Assembly (NCBI RefSeq): GCF_963676685.1
Contig: NC_092357.1
Location: 61,566,001 to 61,630,000 of the forward strand
Origin: Mytilus edulis
Lineage: Eukaryota
Length of the DNA: 64,000 nucleotides
Reading direction: 5' to 3'
Shown here piece by piece: positions 52,803-64,000 of the stretch; the stretch's first letter is position 1, and every line of letters begins with the position of its first letter. A program made the translations under genes and the position numbers. The notes under the pieces were generated by a model. The model was not told the DNA's origin, made no database searches, and saw nothing but the letters and a program-made list of their open reading frames with translations.

Positions 52803-54287
52803 CTGTAAAAAACAAAAGATAAAACCTACAAATCAGACACAAGGACCAACCTTCGAAAATTTAAATGCATAATTTAAATGTGTTCACGCTTTTATCTTAG
52901 CTAAATATTTTGAACCATTTAATCAAAAGAACACAAAACGAAAAGAGCAGCTCCTTTTAATAAAATTATTTTTTGTAATACATATGAACCAAAAACGCCA
53001 TTAAAATATACCACTCTGTCATTCACAACACAGACGTATTAAAAGGAAAGATAAGGTCAGCTATTAAATAAGGTATGAATCGTCTACAAGGAGTTAACTC
53101 TCCCAAAGAGATCAAATGACACAAAAATGAATAATTAAAGGTGCTTCAGCAATGAACGAAACCCGTACTGCATTGGCAGCTAAAAATTCATCGAAATGGC
53201 AAATGTAGTACAAATCAACAGCGACAACTACCAGCCTAATTTACGTCAAAAAATATGTAACACAGTAACTGACGACAACCGACTTACAGACTTAGGACAG
53301 ACACAGACATGTGGCTGGTTTAAACTTGTTAGAAAGCGCCAACACCCCTAACCTGGTACAGTGGTGTAACAATACAATATCAGAAGAAACTATATACAGT
53401 TGAAAAAGGCTGAACTCATAAGATGAAAACAAGTATAAATACATCTCATAAAAACACAGTGGACGTAAACGTGTACTTATACACCGTCACAGCAATGAGA
53501 CAAAAGAACAGAACTGAGAGTACTTACATTTACTGACAGCTAGTGCAAAGCTTATAACAACTAATAAACAAACATCATGCATCTAAGACTAAAATATCAA
53601 TCAGTACACATCGAACATCAAATGAATTTCGTGTAAAGACGTCATATATAGTCAGAAAAAACATGTACTTATGCAATGTCAAGAAACAGGTATCGACAGA
53701 TGGTAGAGTCGTTAATGTAAAAATGTATATTCAAATAGAGTTTAGTTTGAACTTAATTTTCTGATAACAACTCAATATAAATACCAATAAAAACAATATT
53801 CAAAGATCTGTTTACGTGTTTAGTTGTTAGACTTTAATCATAAGTTTATTTAAACAATCTATAAGATTACACGGATCATTTCTTAATTGATCATGTTAAA
53901 TACAGACTGAATAATCGGCAGTAAATGATGACACCAGCAAGGTTTTCATTTTTTCCCTCACAATTTTTAATGTTAAATATGTCAAATATTTAATTTTCTT
54001 TCTGATAACTCTTGATTGAATAGATTGATTAACAATAAGAAAAAGTTTACACCAAGAAGCGGATAGTTATTCCGATTTTATGATAATGTATAATTGTAAC
54101 TGCGAAAAGTCTCCAAGACGTAAGAAAATATAAGAGAGTAAGCTGCGACTCTTTAAACAAATTTGGGGAAAATGACGTATTATTTAAACGTATTCACACG
54201 TCTATAGTTCCTATATAGACATTTAAATCAGTAGCATAGACATCTTGTCTTTTATCTTGTTTTGAACTAAACTCATAATTGACTTAC

Positions 54288-54581
54288 CTCCGACCACATA
54301 GGTTTGTTCGTCGCTTTGTTTGCTTTCTGGTAACTTATCAAAACAAGTAGATATTCTGAATCTGTATGTTGTTGATGGAAAGATATTAGCTTCCGTCCAA
54401 TCATGACATAATTGGTCTGCATTAACAACAAAGAAATCAGCATTTTCCCAATTGAAAGATGATGAAACATCAATTGTAAAATAAATTTTGTACTGATTTA
54501 TGTGCGCTGATCCTGTATTCGGTTTTGACCACGTAAATTTTAAGCACTCGTGTCCTGTTACGTTGAAATTGGATGGGGGGT
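54288..54581 (-). CDS. FN3 exon type B (294 nt, phase 1-1)
   Basis: attttag|...|gtaagt. Encodes DPPSNFNVTGHECLKFTWSKPNTGSAHINQYKIYFTIDVSSSFNWENADFFVVNADQLCHDWTEANIFPSTTYRFRISTCFDKLPESKQSDEQTYVVG. Confidence 0.92.
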
Positions 54582-55575
54582 CTAAAATATAAGAATTAAC
54601 AGAATTGAAAATCAATCAATTATCGTAAAAAGAACAAAGTTGGCATGATTTCGAGATTCAATAGTAATTGTGCAGTTAATGTTTTAACATGTAGTAAAAT
54701 CTTGGTAAAATTCAAACTCCATTTTGAAAGAATAAAGCGACATATGTTATTTATAGAAAATTTATATATTTTTTTAAATCTCGAAAGTTTGGACTAAATC
54801 ATTTTAAACATAGTGTGTGCATGGAGTATAACAATGTTATTACAAATATCCAAAATCAAATAAATGGAGCAACTGACAAAGTTTTCTTGAACATCATGTT
54901 CTTTTGATACCTGATAACGATACAAAACACGAAAGATTTATTCAATTAAAACATAATATTGACAAGATAGATGAAAATGTAAAAAAAAAATGGTTAAAAT
55001 TGTCATTGGTTTTGATCATAAATATATTTAGATCAAAACACATTTCAAACACAGTTTATAAGGCAATCTTTGTTCTTGAACAGAAAAACTATTTGGACGC
55101 TCGGCTTCGTGTAGATTTCGTAGCAGCTGGTAAATTTTTTGAAACTTGATTTTTGAGTTTCTGCGGTGATTATACATTGAGCATGTTAGTTATAAGCAAT
55201 GATTGTGTGCTGTGTTTTTATTTTTGCGTCAAATAAAGGAAAACATTGCATAGATACTTTTGCACTTTTTTAACCTCAATCATTTCATGAGGTAGGACAT
55301 TTTATTTAATATTTTAGATGTTTATTTATAAGAATAATAATATAAGAATACTAAAAAAATAAATGACTATTCATGATCCCACAATAATTCGTTGGGAACA
55401 TGCTACGATAAAATAGATACTACCGATAAGACTTCTTGGTACATCATTGATAGTAAAAAAATTGTCAGACACAGAAACGTTTTTGGCAAACATATCAATA
55501 TGGGACTACAAAGTTTTATATATCAAAGGAATAATAACTCTCCAGGCTCAACATTATATGAAATTAAAAACTAAC

Positions 55576-55869
55576 CTCCAGGTACACAAATGCTTGTTTC
55601 GTCACTTTGTTTACTTTCGTAGGAATTATTTACGTATGTTGATATTCTAAACCGGTTAATAGTTGAGGGTAAAATATCAGAGCATGGCTTTGAACAGTAC
55701 AGTGTGTCTGGTTCAACTGCCCAGAAATCGACATTCTTCCATTTATCAGTACTGGTTTCAGTAATATAAATTCTATATTCTGTTATTTTCATTGGTAAAT
55801 TGGCAGGTTTTGACCATCTAAACTTCAGAGAATCCGCTTCCTTCGTAACTATAAAGTCACTTGGTGGGC
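55576..55869 (-). CDS. FN3 exon type A (294 nt, phase 1-1)
   Basis: ttttatag|...|gttagt. Three amino-acid differences from the 52509 copy. Confidence 0.92.
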
Positions 55870-57360
55870 CTATAAAATACAAAAGATAAAACCTACAAAT
55901 CAGACACAAGGACCAACCTTCGAAAATTTAAATGCATAATTTAAATGTGTTCACGCTTTTATCTTAGCTAAATATTTTGAACCATTTAATCAAAAGAACA
56001 CAAAACGAAAAGAGCAGCTACTTTTAATAAAATTATTTTTTGTAATACATATGAACCAAAAACGCCATTAAAATATACCACTCTGTCATTTACATCACAG
56101 ACGTATTAAAAGGAAAGATAAGGTCAGCTATGACATAAGGTATGAATCGTCGTCAAGGAGTCAACTCTCCCAAAGAGATCAAATGACACAAAAATTAACA
56201 ATTAAAGTTGCTTCAGCAATGAACAAAGCCCGTACCGCATTGGCAGCTAAAAATGCCCCGAAATGTCAAATGTAGTTCAAATCAACAGAGACAACTATCA
56301 GCCTTATTTACGTCAAAAAAATATGTAACACAATAACTGACGACAACCACTGACTTACAGACTTAGGACAGACACAGGCATGTGGCCGGTTTAAACTTGT
56401 TAGAAAACGCCAACCCCTCCTAACCTGGTACAGTTGTGTAACAATACAATATCAGAACAAACTATATATAGTTGAAAAAGGCTGAAGTCATAAGATGAAA
56501 ACAAGTATAAATACATCTCATAAAAACACAGTGGACGTAAACGTGTACTTACACATCGTCACAACAATGAGACAAAAGAACAGAACTGAGAGTACTTACA
56601 TTTACTGACAGCTAGTGCAAAGCTTATAACAACTAATAAACAAGCATCATGCATCTAAGACTAAAATGTCAATCAGTACACATCGAACATCAAATGAATT
56701 TAGTGTAAAGACGTCATATATAGTCAGAAAAAACATGTACTTATGCAATGTCAAGAAAACAGGTATCGACAGATGGTAGAGCCGTTAATGTAAAAATGTA
56801 TATTAAAATAGAGTTTAGTTTGAACTTAATTTTCTTATAACAACTCAATATAAATACCAATAAAAACAATATTCAAAGATCTGTTTACGTGTTTAGTTGT
56901 TAGACTTTAATCATAAGTTTATTTAAACAATCTATAAGATTACACGGATCATTTCTTAATTGATCATGTTAAATACAGACTGAATAATCGGCAGTAAATG
57001 ATGACACCAGCAAGGTTTTCATTTTTTCCCTCACAATTTTTAATGTTAAATATGTCAAATATTTAATTTTCTTTCTGATAACTCTTGATTTAATAGATTG
57101 ATTAACAATAAGAAAAAGTTTACACCAAGAAGCGGATAGTTATTCCGATTTTATGATAATGTATAATTGTTGCTGCGAAAAGTCTCCAAGACGTAAGAAA
57201 ATATAAGAGAGTAAGCTGCGACTCTTTAAACAAATTTGGGGAAAATGACGTATTATTTAAACGTATTCACACGTCTATAGTTCCTATATAGACATTAAAA
57301 TCAGTAGCATAGACATCTTGTCTTTTATCTTGTTTTAAACTAAACTCATAATTGACTTAC

Positions 57361-57657
57361 CTCCGACCACATAGGTTTGTTCGTCGCTTTGTTTGCTTTC
57401 TGGTAACTTATCAAAACAAGTAGATATTCTGAATCTGTATGTTGTTGATGGAAAGATATTAGCTTCCGTCCAATCATGACATAATTGGTCTGCATTAACA
57501 ACAAAGAAATCAGCATTTTCCCAATTGAAAAATGATGAAACATCAATAATTGTAAAATAAATTTTGTACTGATTTATGTGCGCTGATCCTGTATTCGGTT
57601 TTGACCACGTAAACTTTAAGCACTCGTGTCCTGTTACGTTGAAATTGGATGGGGGGT
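57361..57657 (-). CDS. FN3 exon type B (297 nt, phase 1-1)
   Basis: attttag|...|gtaagt. Carries an in-frame +3 insertion (FTIID) and an S>F change relative to the 54288 copy. Confidence 0.92.
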
Positions 57658-57762
57658 CTAAAATATAAGAATTAACAGAATTGAAAATCAATCAATTATC
57701 GTAAAAAGAACGAAGTTGGCATGATTTCGAGATTCAATAGTAATTGTGCAGTTAATGTTTTA

Positions 57763-59913
57763 CAGTGAGATGCTTGTAGGTGTTACTGTAAAATTTTACC
57801 TATAGCTCAACCTGTTTTTAAAATTGTCAACACAATAGGGACATTTAAATTGACCAGTTGGTATTGTTAGATTTAAATCTACCTTGATGCTACCTGTACA
57901 ATTTTTTATTCACCTAACCAAAAGTTTCAGCATGCTTTTTTCCTGAACGTTTTTTTACCTAGGATTATTCTGTTGAGAGATTTTTATTTTACTGTCATTC
58001 AAAATCTTATGAGTGATCAAGCCAAACAAGAATGACTATATCATATATTTTATTTTCTTGCAGTTGTAATTTAAAATTGCATGACCTAAAATGCACTACA
58101 TTTCATCTAAATGTTTGCATAGCCACTACTAGCAGTGTTTAATACCCTAAATAATCCAGTTGTAATATTTCACTCACTTTAATGAAACCTCAAAATCATA
58201 TTTGAATAAACAATTTCATTTATTTTTTTACACTAATATTTGACATCTCAACCAGAATTCCAAAGACTTTAAATAATTCCCAATTTCATTCATTTTTCAC
58301 TACTTCACTAGATTTTTTTCTAAATCCATAGTATAAATTCTGATTAACTTCCAATGATATACATCCTAATTTAACAGGTGCAGAATTTATGCATAATTCA
58401 GAATCATTTCCATTACTATATTCCAAATAGTTATCCTCACTTATATTTTGTAATATTTTATTTATATTTTTACTATATATCACCTGATTTTAATATATTC
58501 ACAGTAAACATTGTATTTCATTTCCTATAATAAATTTCCAAATCAAACAATATTTGATTCAGAATTTTATAATGACTATTTCCAATTTCACATTCACTGA
58601 AAACATTTCCTCATGTTAGGAATATTTTAGAATATTTTACTTTCATTTTTCACTTTATCACTAGATTAGACTATATCCGCTGCATTACTCCAACATTTTA
58701 TTTCATTTCCTATAATAATTTCCAAATCAAACACTATTTGATTCAGAATTTTATAATGACTATTTCCAATTTCACATTCACTTTTAAAAAACATTTCCTC
58801 ACGTAAGGAATATTTTAGAAAATTTTACTTTTATTTTTCACTTTATCACTAGATTAGACTATATCCACTGCACTACTTCAACATTTTATTTCATTTCCAA
58901 GATCCCATTTAAATAGGGAATCATCTTAAATTTGTAATAGATCCAAAAATTAATAATGAATATTTCAAAAATCACATTTAAAGCCACAGAAACATGTTGG
59001 ATGAACACACACTATATCTCCTACTTGAATTCCAGTTTTGAAATTTTTAAATCTTTAACATAATTAATAAATCCCATCATATGGAAAATTGAATTTCCTT
59101 TAGTGAACACAGCATTTTATGCACAAAACTCCCACTAATATTATAATAGATTTCAAATAAAAAACACATCAAGGTATACTCCAAAATTATTTCTAGTTTT
59201 ATATGTACAACATCATATGTAAGCCCCACAAAACGGTTAGAATGAATTATTTCCTCCTTGATGTCCGTCATGACAATAAAATCTTGAAAGAAACACATCA
59301 CATTTTAAGAAGCAAAATTGCTAGTGAATTCAAATAAAATAAATCCAATATTGTATGCACAATGACACCAAAAGATTTAAAACATTGCAAATAATAATCC
59401 AAAATGAAAATCTTGAAGGGTCATGTGAAGAAAAGAACAACATATCCCTCTGAAAATTTAAACTGTAAACACCTGAGCAGCTATTTCTTGTTTCACTGGC
59501 AGCTGGACAATACTTTATATAAGGGTTAGAATTTTAAAGAAGCATTTTGGTGTAAAAACAGTTTAAATTTTCAAAAATAGTAATACATATTTATTTTAAT
59601 CTTTTACTGATTTAGAATTTTAGGTAAAAAATAGATAAATCATATATATCAGGGATTTAAAACAATGAAAACCAAAACTTTTTTCTTCCCTATCAATTTT
59701 TAATAGAATAATCCTAGGTAAGAAAATCTTCAGGAAAAAAGCATGCTGAAACTTTGGGTTAGGTGAATAAAAATCTGTACAGGTAGAATCAAGGTATATC
59801 TAAATCTAACAATACCAACTGGTCAATTTAAATGTCCCTATTGTGTTGACAATTTTAAAAACAGGTTGAGCTATAGGTAAAATTTTACAGTAACACCTAT
59901 AAGCATCTCACTG
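57763..59913. mobile_element. Non-autonomous Tc1/mariner-type element, 2151 bp, ~210-bp TIRs, TA TSD
   Basis: gtttTA[cagtgagatgc...gcatctcactg]TAacatg, against the empty site gtttTAacatg in sibling units (~54681, ~62986). Internal ~185-bp tandem duplication at ~58515-58900. No transposase ORF. Confidence 0.92.
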
Positions 59914-60808
59914 TAACATGTAGTAAAATCTTGGTAAAATTCAAACTCCATTTTGAAAGAATAAAGCGACATATGTTATTTATAGAAAATTTATATATTT
60001 TTTTAAATCTCGAAAGTTTGGCCTAAATAATTTTAAACATAGTGTGTGCATGGAGTATAACAATGTTATTACAAATATCCAAAATCAAATAAATGGAGCA
60101 ACTGACAAAGTTTTCTTGAACATCATGTTCTTTTGATACCTGATAACGATACAAAACACGAAAGATTTATTCAATTAAAACATAATATTGACAAGATAGA
60201 TGAAAATGTAAAAAAAAAAATGGTTAAAATTGTCATTGGTTTTGATCATAAATATATTTAGATTAAAACACATTTCAAACACAGTTTATAAGGCAATCTT
60301 TGTTCTTGAACAGAAAAACTATTTGGACGCTCGGCTTCGTGTAGATTTCGTAGAGGCTGGTTAATTTTTTGAAACTTGATTTTTGAGTTTCTGCGGTGAT
60401 TATACATTGAGCATATTAGTTATAAGCAATGATTGTGCGCTGTGGTTTTATTTTTGCGTCAAATAAAGGAAAACATTGCATAGATACTTTTGCACTTTTT
60501 TAACCTCAATCATTTCATGAGGTAGGACATTTTATTTAATATTTTAGATGTTTATTTATAAGAATAATAATATAAGAATACTAAACAAATATCAAATGAC
60601 TATTCATGATCCCACAATAATTCGTTGGGAACATGCTACGATAAAATAGATACTACCGATAAGACTTCTTGGTACATCATTGATAGTAAAAAAATTGTCA
60701 GACACAGAAACGTTTTGGGCAAACATATCAATATGGGACTACGAAGTTTTATATATCAAAGGAATAATAACTCTCCAGGCTCAACATAATATGAAATTAA
60801 AAACTAAC

Positions 60809-61102
60809 CTCCAGGTACACAAATGCTTGTTTCGTCACTTTGTTTACTTTCGTAGGAATTATTTACGTATGTTGATATTCTAAACCGGTTAATAGTTGAG
60901 GGTAAAATATCAGAGCATGGCTTTGAACAGTACAGTGTGTCTGGTTCAACTGTCCAGAAATCGACATTCTTCCATTTATCAGTACTGGTTTCAGTAATAT
61001 AAATTCTATATTCCGTTATTTTCATTGGTAAATTGGCAGGTTTTGACCATCTAAACTTCAGAGAATCCGCTTCCTTCGTAACTGTAAAGTCACTTGGTGG
61101 GC
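60809..61102 (-). CDS. FN3 exon type A (294 nt, phase 1-1)
   Basis: ttttatag|...|gttagt. Near-identical to the other recent A copies (FWTVE variant). Confidence 0.92.
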
Positions 61103-62592
61103 CTATAAAATATAAAAGATAAAACCTACAAATCAGGCACAAGGACCAACCTTCGAAAATTGAAATGCATAATTTAAATGTGTTCACGCTTTTATCTTAG
61201 CTAAATATTTTGAACCATTTAATCAAAAGAACACAAAACGAAAAGAGCAGCTACTTTTAATAAAATTATTTTTTGTAATACATATGAACCAAAAACGCCA
61301 TTAAAATATACCACGCTGTCATTTACATCACAGACGTATTAAAAAGAAAGATAAGGTCAGCTATGACATAAGGTATGAATCGTCGTCAAGGAGTCAACTC
61401 TCCCAAAGAGATCAAATGACACAAAAATTAACAATTAAAGGTGCTTCAGCAATGAACAAAGCCCGTACCGCATTGACAGCTAAAAATGCCCCGAAATGGC
61501 AATTGTAGTTCAAATCAACAGAGACAACTATCAGCCTTATTTACGTCAAAAAAATATGTAACACAATAACTGACGACAACCACTGACTTACAGACTTAGG
61601 ACAGACACAGGCATGTGGCCGGTTTAAACTTGTTAGAAAACGCCAACCCCTCCTAACCTGGTACAGTGGTGTAACAATACAATATCAGAACAAACTATAT
61701 ATAGTTGAAAAAGGCTGAACTCATAAGATGAAAACAAGTATAAATACATCTCATAAAAACACAGTGGACGTAAACGTGTACTTATACATCGTCACAACAA
61801 TGAGACTAAAGAACAGAACTGAAAGTACTTACATTTACTGACAGCTAGTGCAAAGCTTATAACAACTAATAAACAAACATCATGCATCTAAGACTAAAAT
61901 GTCAATCAGTACACATCGAACATCAAATGAATTTTGTGTAAAGACGTCATATATAGTAAGAAAAAACATGTACTTATGCAATGTCAAGAAACAGGTATCG
62001 ACAGATGGTAGAGCCGTTAATGTAAAAATGTATATTCAAATAGAGTTTAGTTTGAACTTAATTTTCTGATAACAACTCAATATAAATACCAATAAAAACA
62101 ATATTCAAAGATCTGTTTACGTGTTTAGTTGTTAGACTTTAATCATAAGTTTATTTAAACAATCTATAAGATTACATGGATCATTTCTTAATTGATCATG
62201 TTAAATACAGACTGAATAATCGGCAGTAAATGATGACACCAGCAAGGTTTTCATTTTTTCCCTCACAATTTTTAATGTTAAATATGTCAAATATTTAATT
62301 TTCTTTCTGATAACTCTTGATTGAATAGATTGATTAACAATAAGAAAAAGTTTACACCAAGAAGCGGATAGTTATTCCGATTTTATGATAATGTATAATT
62401 GTTGCTGCGAAAAGTCTCCAAGACGTAAGAAAATATAAGAGAGTAAGCTGCGACTCTTTAAACAAATTTGGGGAAAATGACGTATTATTTAAACGTATTC
62501 ACACGTCTATAGTTCCTATATAGACATTAAAATCAGTAGCATAGACATCTTGTCTTTTATCTTGTTTTGAACTAAACTCATAATTGACTTAC

Positions 62593-62886
62593 CTCCGACA
62601 ACATAGGTTTGTTCGTCGCTTTGTTTGCTTTCTGGTAACTTATCAAAACAAGTAGATATTCTGAATCTGTATGTTGTTGATGGAAAGATATTAGCTTCCG
62701 TCCAATCATGACATAATTGGTCTGCATTAACAACAAAGAAATCAGCATTTTCCCAATTGAAAGATGATGAAACATCAATTGTAAAATAAATTTTGTACTG
62801 ATTTATGTGCGCTGATCCTGTATTCGGTTTTGACCACGTAAATTTTAAGCACTCGTGTCCTGTTACGTTGAAATTGGATGGGGGGT
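62593..62886 (-). CDS. FN3 exon type B (294 nt, phase 1-1); most 5' exon visible
   Basis: attttag|...|gtaagt. Protein identical to the 54288 copy. Confidence 0.92.
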
Positions 62887-64000
62887 CTAAAATATAAGAA
62901 TTAAAAGACTTGAAAATCAATCAATTATCGTAAAAAGAACAAATTTGGCATGATTTGGAGATTAAATAGTTCTTATGCAATTAATGTTTTAACATGTAGT
63001 AAATCTTGATAAAATTCAAACTCAATTTTGAAAGAATAAAGCGACAAATGTTATTTATAGAAAGTTTATATATTTTTTTCAATCTCGAAAGTTTGGCCTA
63101 AATCATTTTAAACATAGTGTGTGCGTGGAGTATAACAATGTTATTACAAATATCCAAAATCAAATAAATGGAGCAACTGACAAAGTTTTCTTGAACGTCA
63201 TGTTCTTTTGATACCTGATAACGATACAAAACACGAAAAAATTTATTCAATTAAAACATAATATTGACAAGATAGATGAAAATGTAAAAAAAAAATGGTT
63301 AAAATTGTCATTGGTTTTGATCTTAAATATATTTAGACAAAAACACATTTCAAACACAGTTAATAAGGCAATCTTTGTTCATGAACAGAAAAACTATCCG
63401 GAAGCTCGGGTTCATGTAGATTTCGTAGCAGCTGGTTAATTTTTTGAATCTTGATTTTTGAGTTTCTGCGGTGATTATACATTGGGAATATTAGTTATAA
63501 GCAATGATTGTGTGCCGTGTTTTTATTTTTGCGTCAAATAAGGGAAAACATTGCATAGATACTTTTGCAATTTTTTAACCACAAATTAAGAAGATTTTGC
63601 GAAGAAAATCCATATACTAAACTCGTTTATGTACCAAAAAAAAAAACTATCTGAACAATAGGTTGTTCTTTGTTTTTTCTTTTCCGGCTTTAAATGATGT
63701 TTTCTACTTTGATTAGATAATGAATGATCATCTAACATAATTTTGTTTTTACTTACTAGTAATGCTGTATAAGCAGGTGAAAAAACTGCCAAAGATCAAA
63801 CCCACTACTAAAACCCCTGAAAGCATAACAATTATTAGAAAAGCAGTAGATGAAAACCATTTATAATTTGAGTGTGAATTCACATTACTATAAGACGTGT
63901 CACGGTACTTTTCTATCCCAAATTCATGTATTTGGTTTTTGATAATATATTTGTTATTCTCATCGGATTGTGTCTAATACTAAGTCCGTTTCTGTGTGTT

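Larger units (their letters stand above)
1..62886 (-). other. Predicted multi-exon gene, incomplete at both ends: (FN3)x10 - SEA - FN3 - 3 linker repeats - STAND (nSTAND3-like) NTPase
   Basis: 17 open exons on the minus strand, each bounded by AG/GT. Phases chain in frame: all 1-1, except the SEA pair (1-2, then 2-1). Connecting them into one transcript is inference. Confidence 0.7.
51661..63584. repeat. Young tandem segmental array, ~3.07-kb unit (FN3-A exon + FN3-B exon + introns), 3 full units plus a partial fourth
   Basis: ataaagcgac unit starts at ~51661, ~54732, ~59961 and ~63036. A-exon spacing is 3067 bp, then 5233 bp (unit plus 2.15-kb insertion). Introns are near-identical. Confidence 0.95.

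Noticed and set aside
52509-62886. Positive selection among the young FN3 copies
   Set aside because: Only a handful of substitutions, both synonymous and non-synonymous. Too few to claim without a dN/dS test on population data.

Overview
AT-rich, repeat-dense eukaryotic genomic DNA with no prokaryotic operon structure. The repeat families and the nSTAND3-type NTPase point to a bivalve, probably Mytilus (inference). Most entries in the ORF track are noise. The real content is one large multi-exon gene on the minus strand, which enters at the right edge and leaves at the left edge. Reading GT-AG bounded exons by hand gives, in transcript order: nine alternating FN3 exons (B-A-B-A-B-A-B-A-B, 294/297 nt, all phase 1-1), a divergent FN3, a perlecan-type SEA domain split over two exons with an intact KPG|SVYVV motif, another FN3, three paralogous 78-93 nt linker exons, and a STAND P-loop NTPase (nSTAND3-like; GPSGVGKT ... 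VFVIDD) that is still open at base 1. All junctions are frame-compatible, and I found no transmembrane exon. The six most 5' FN3 exons lie in a young, near-identical ~3.07 kb tandem array; one unit carries a TA-targeted 2.15 kb TIR insertion. The introns contain degenerate Penelope-like RT elements, a retrozyme-like repeat with a type I hammerhead ribozyme, tRNA-derived SINEs, several non-autonomous TIR elements, satellites and palindromic elements. The exon joining is predicted from sequence only and is not transcript-verified.
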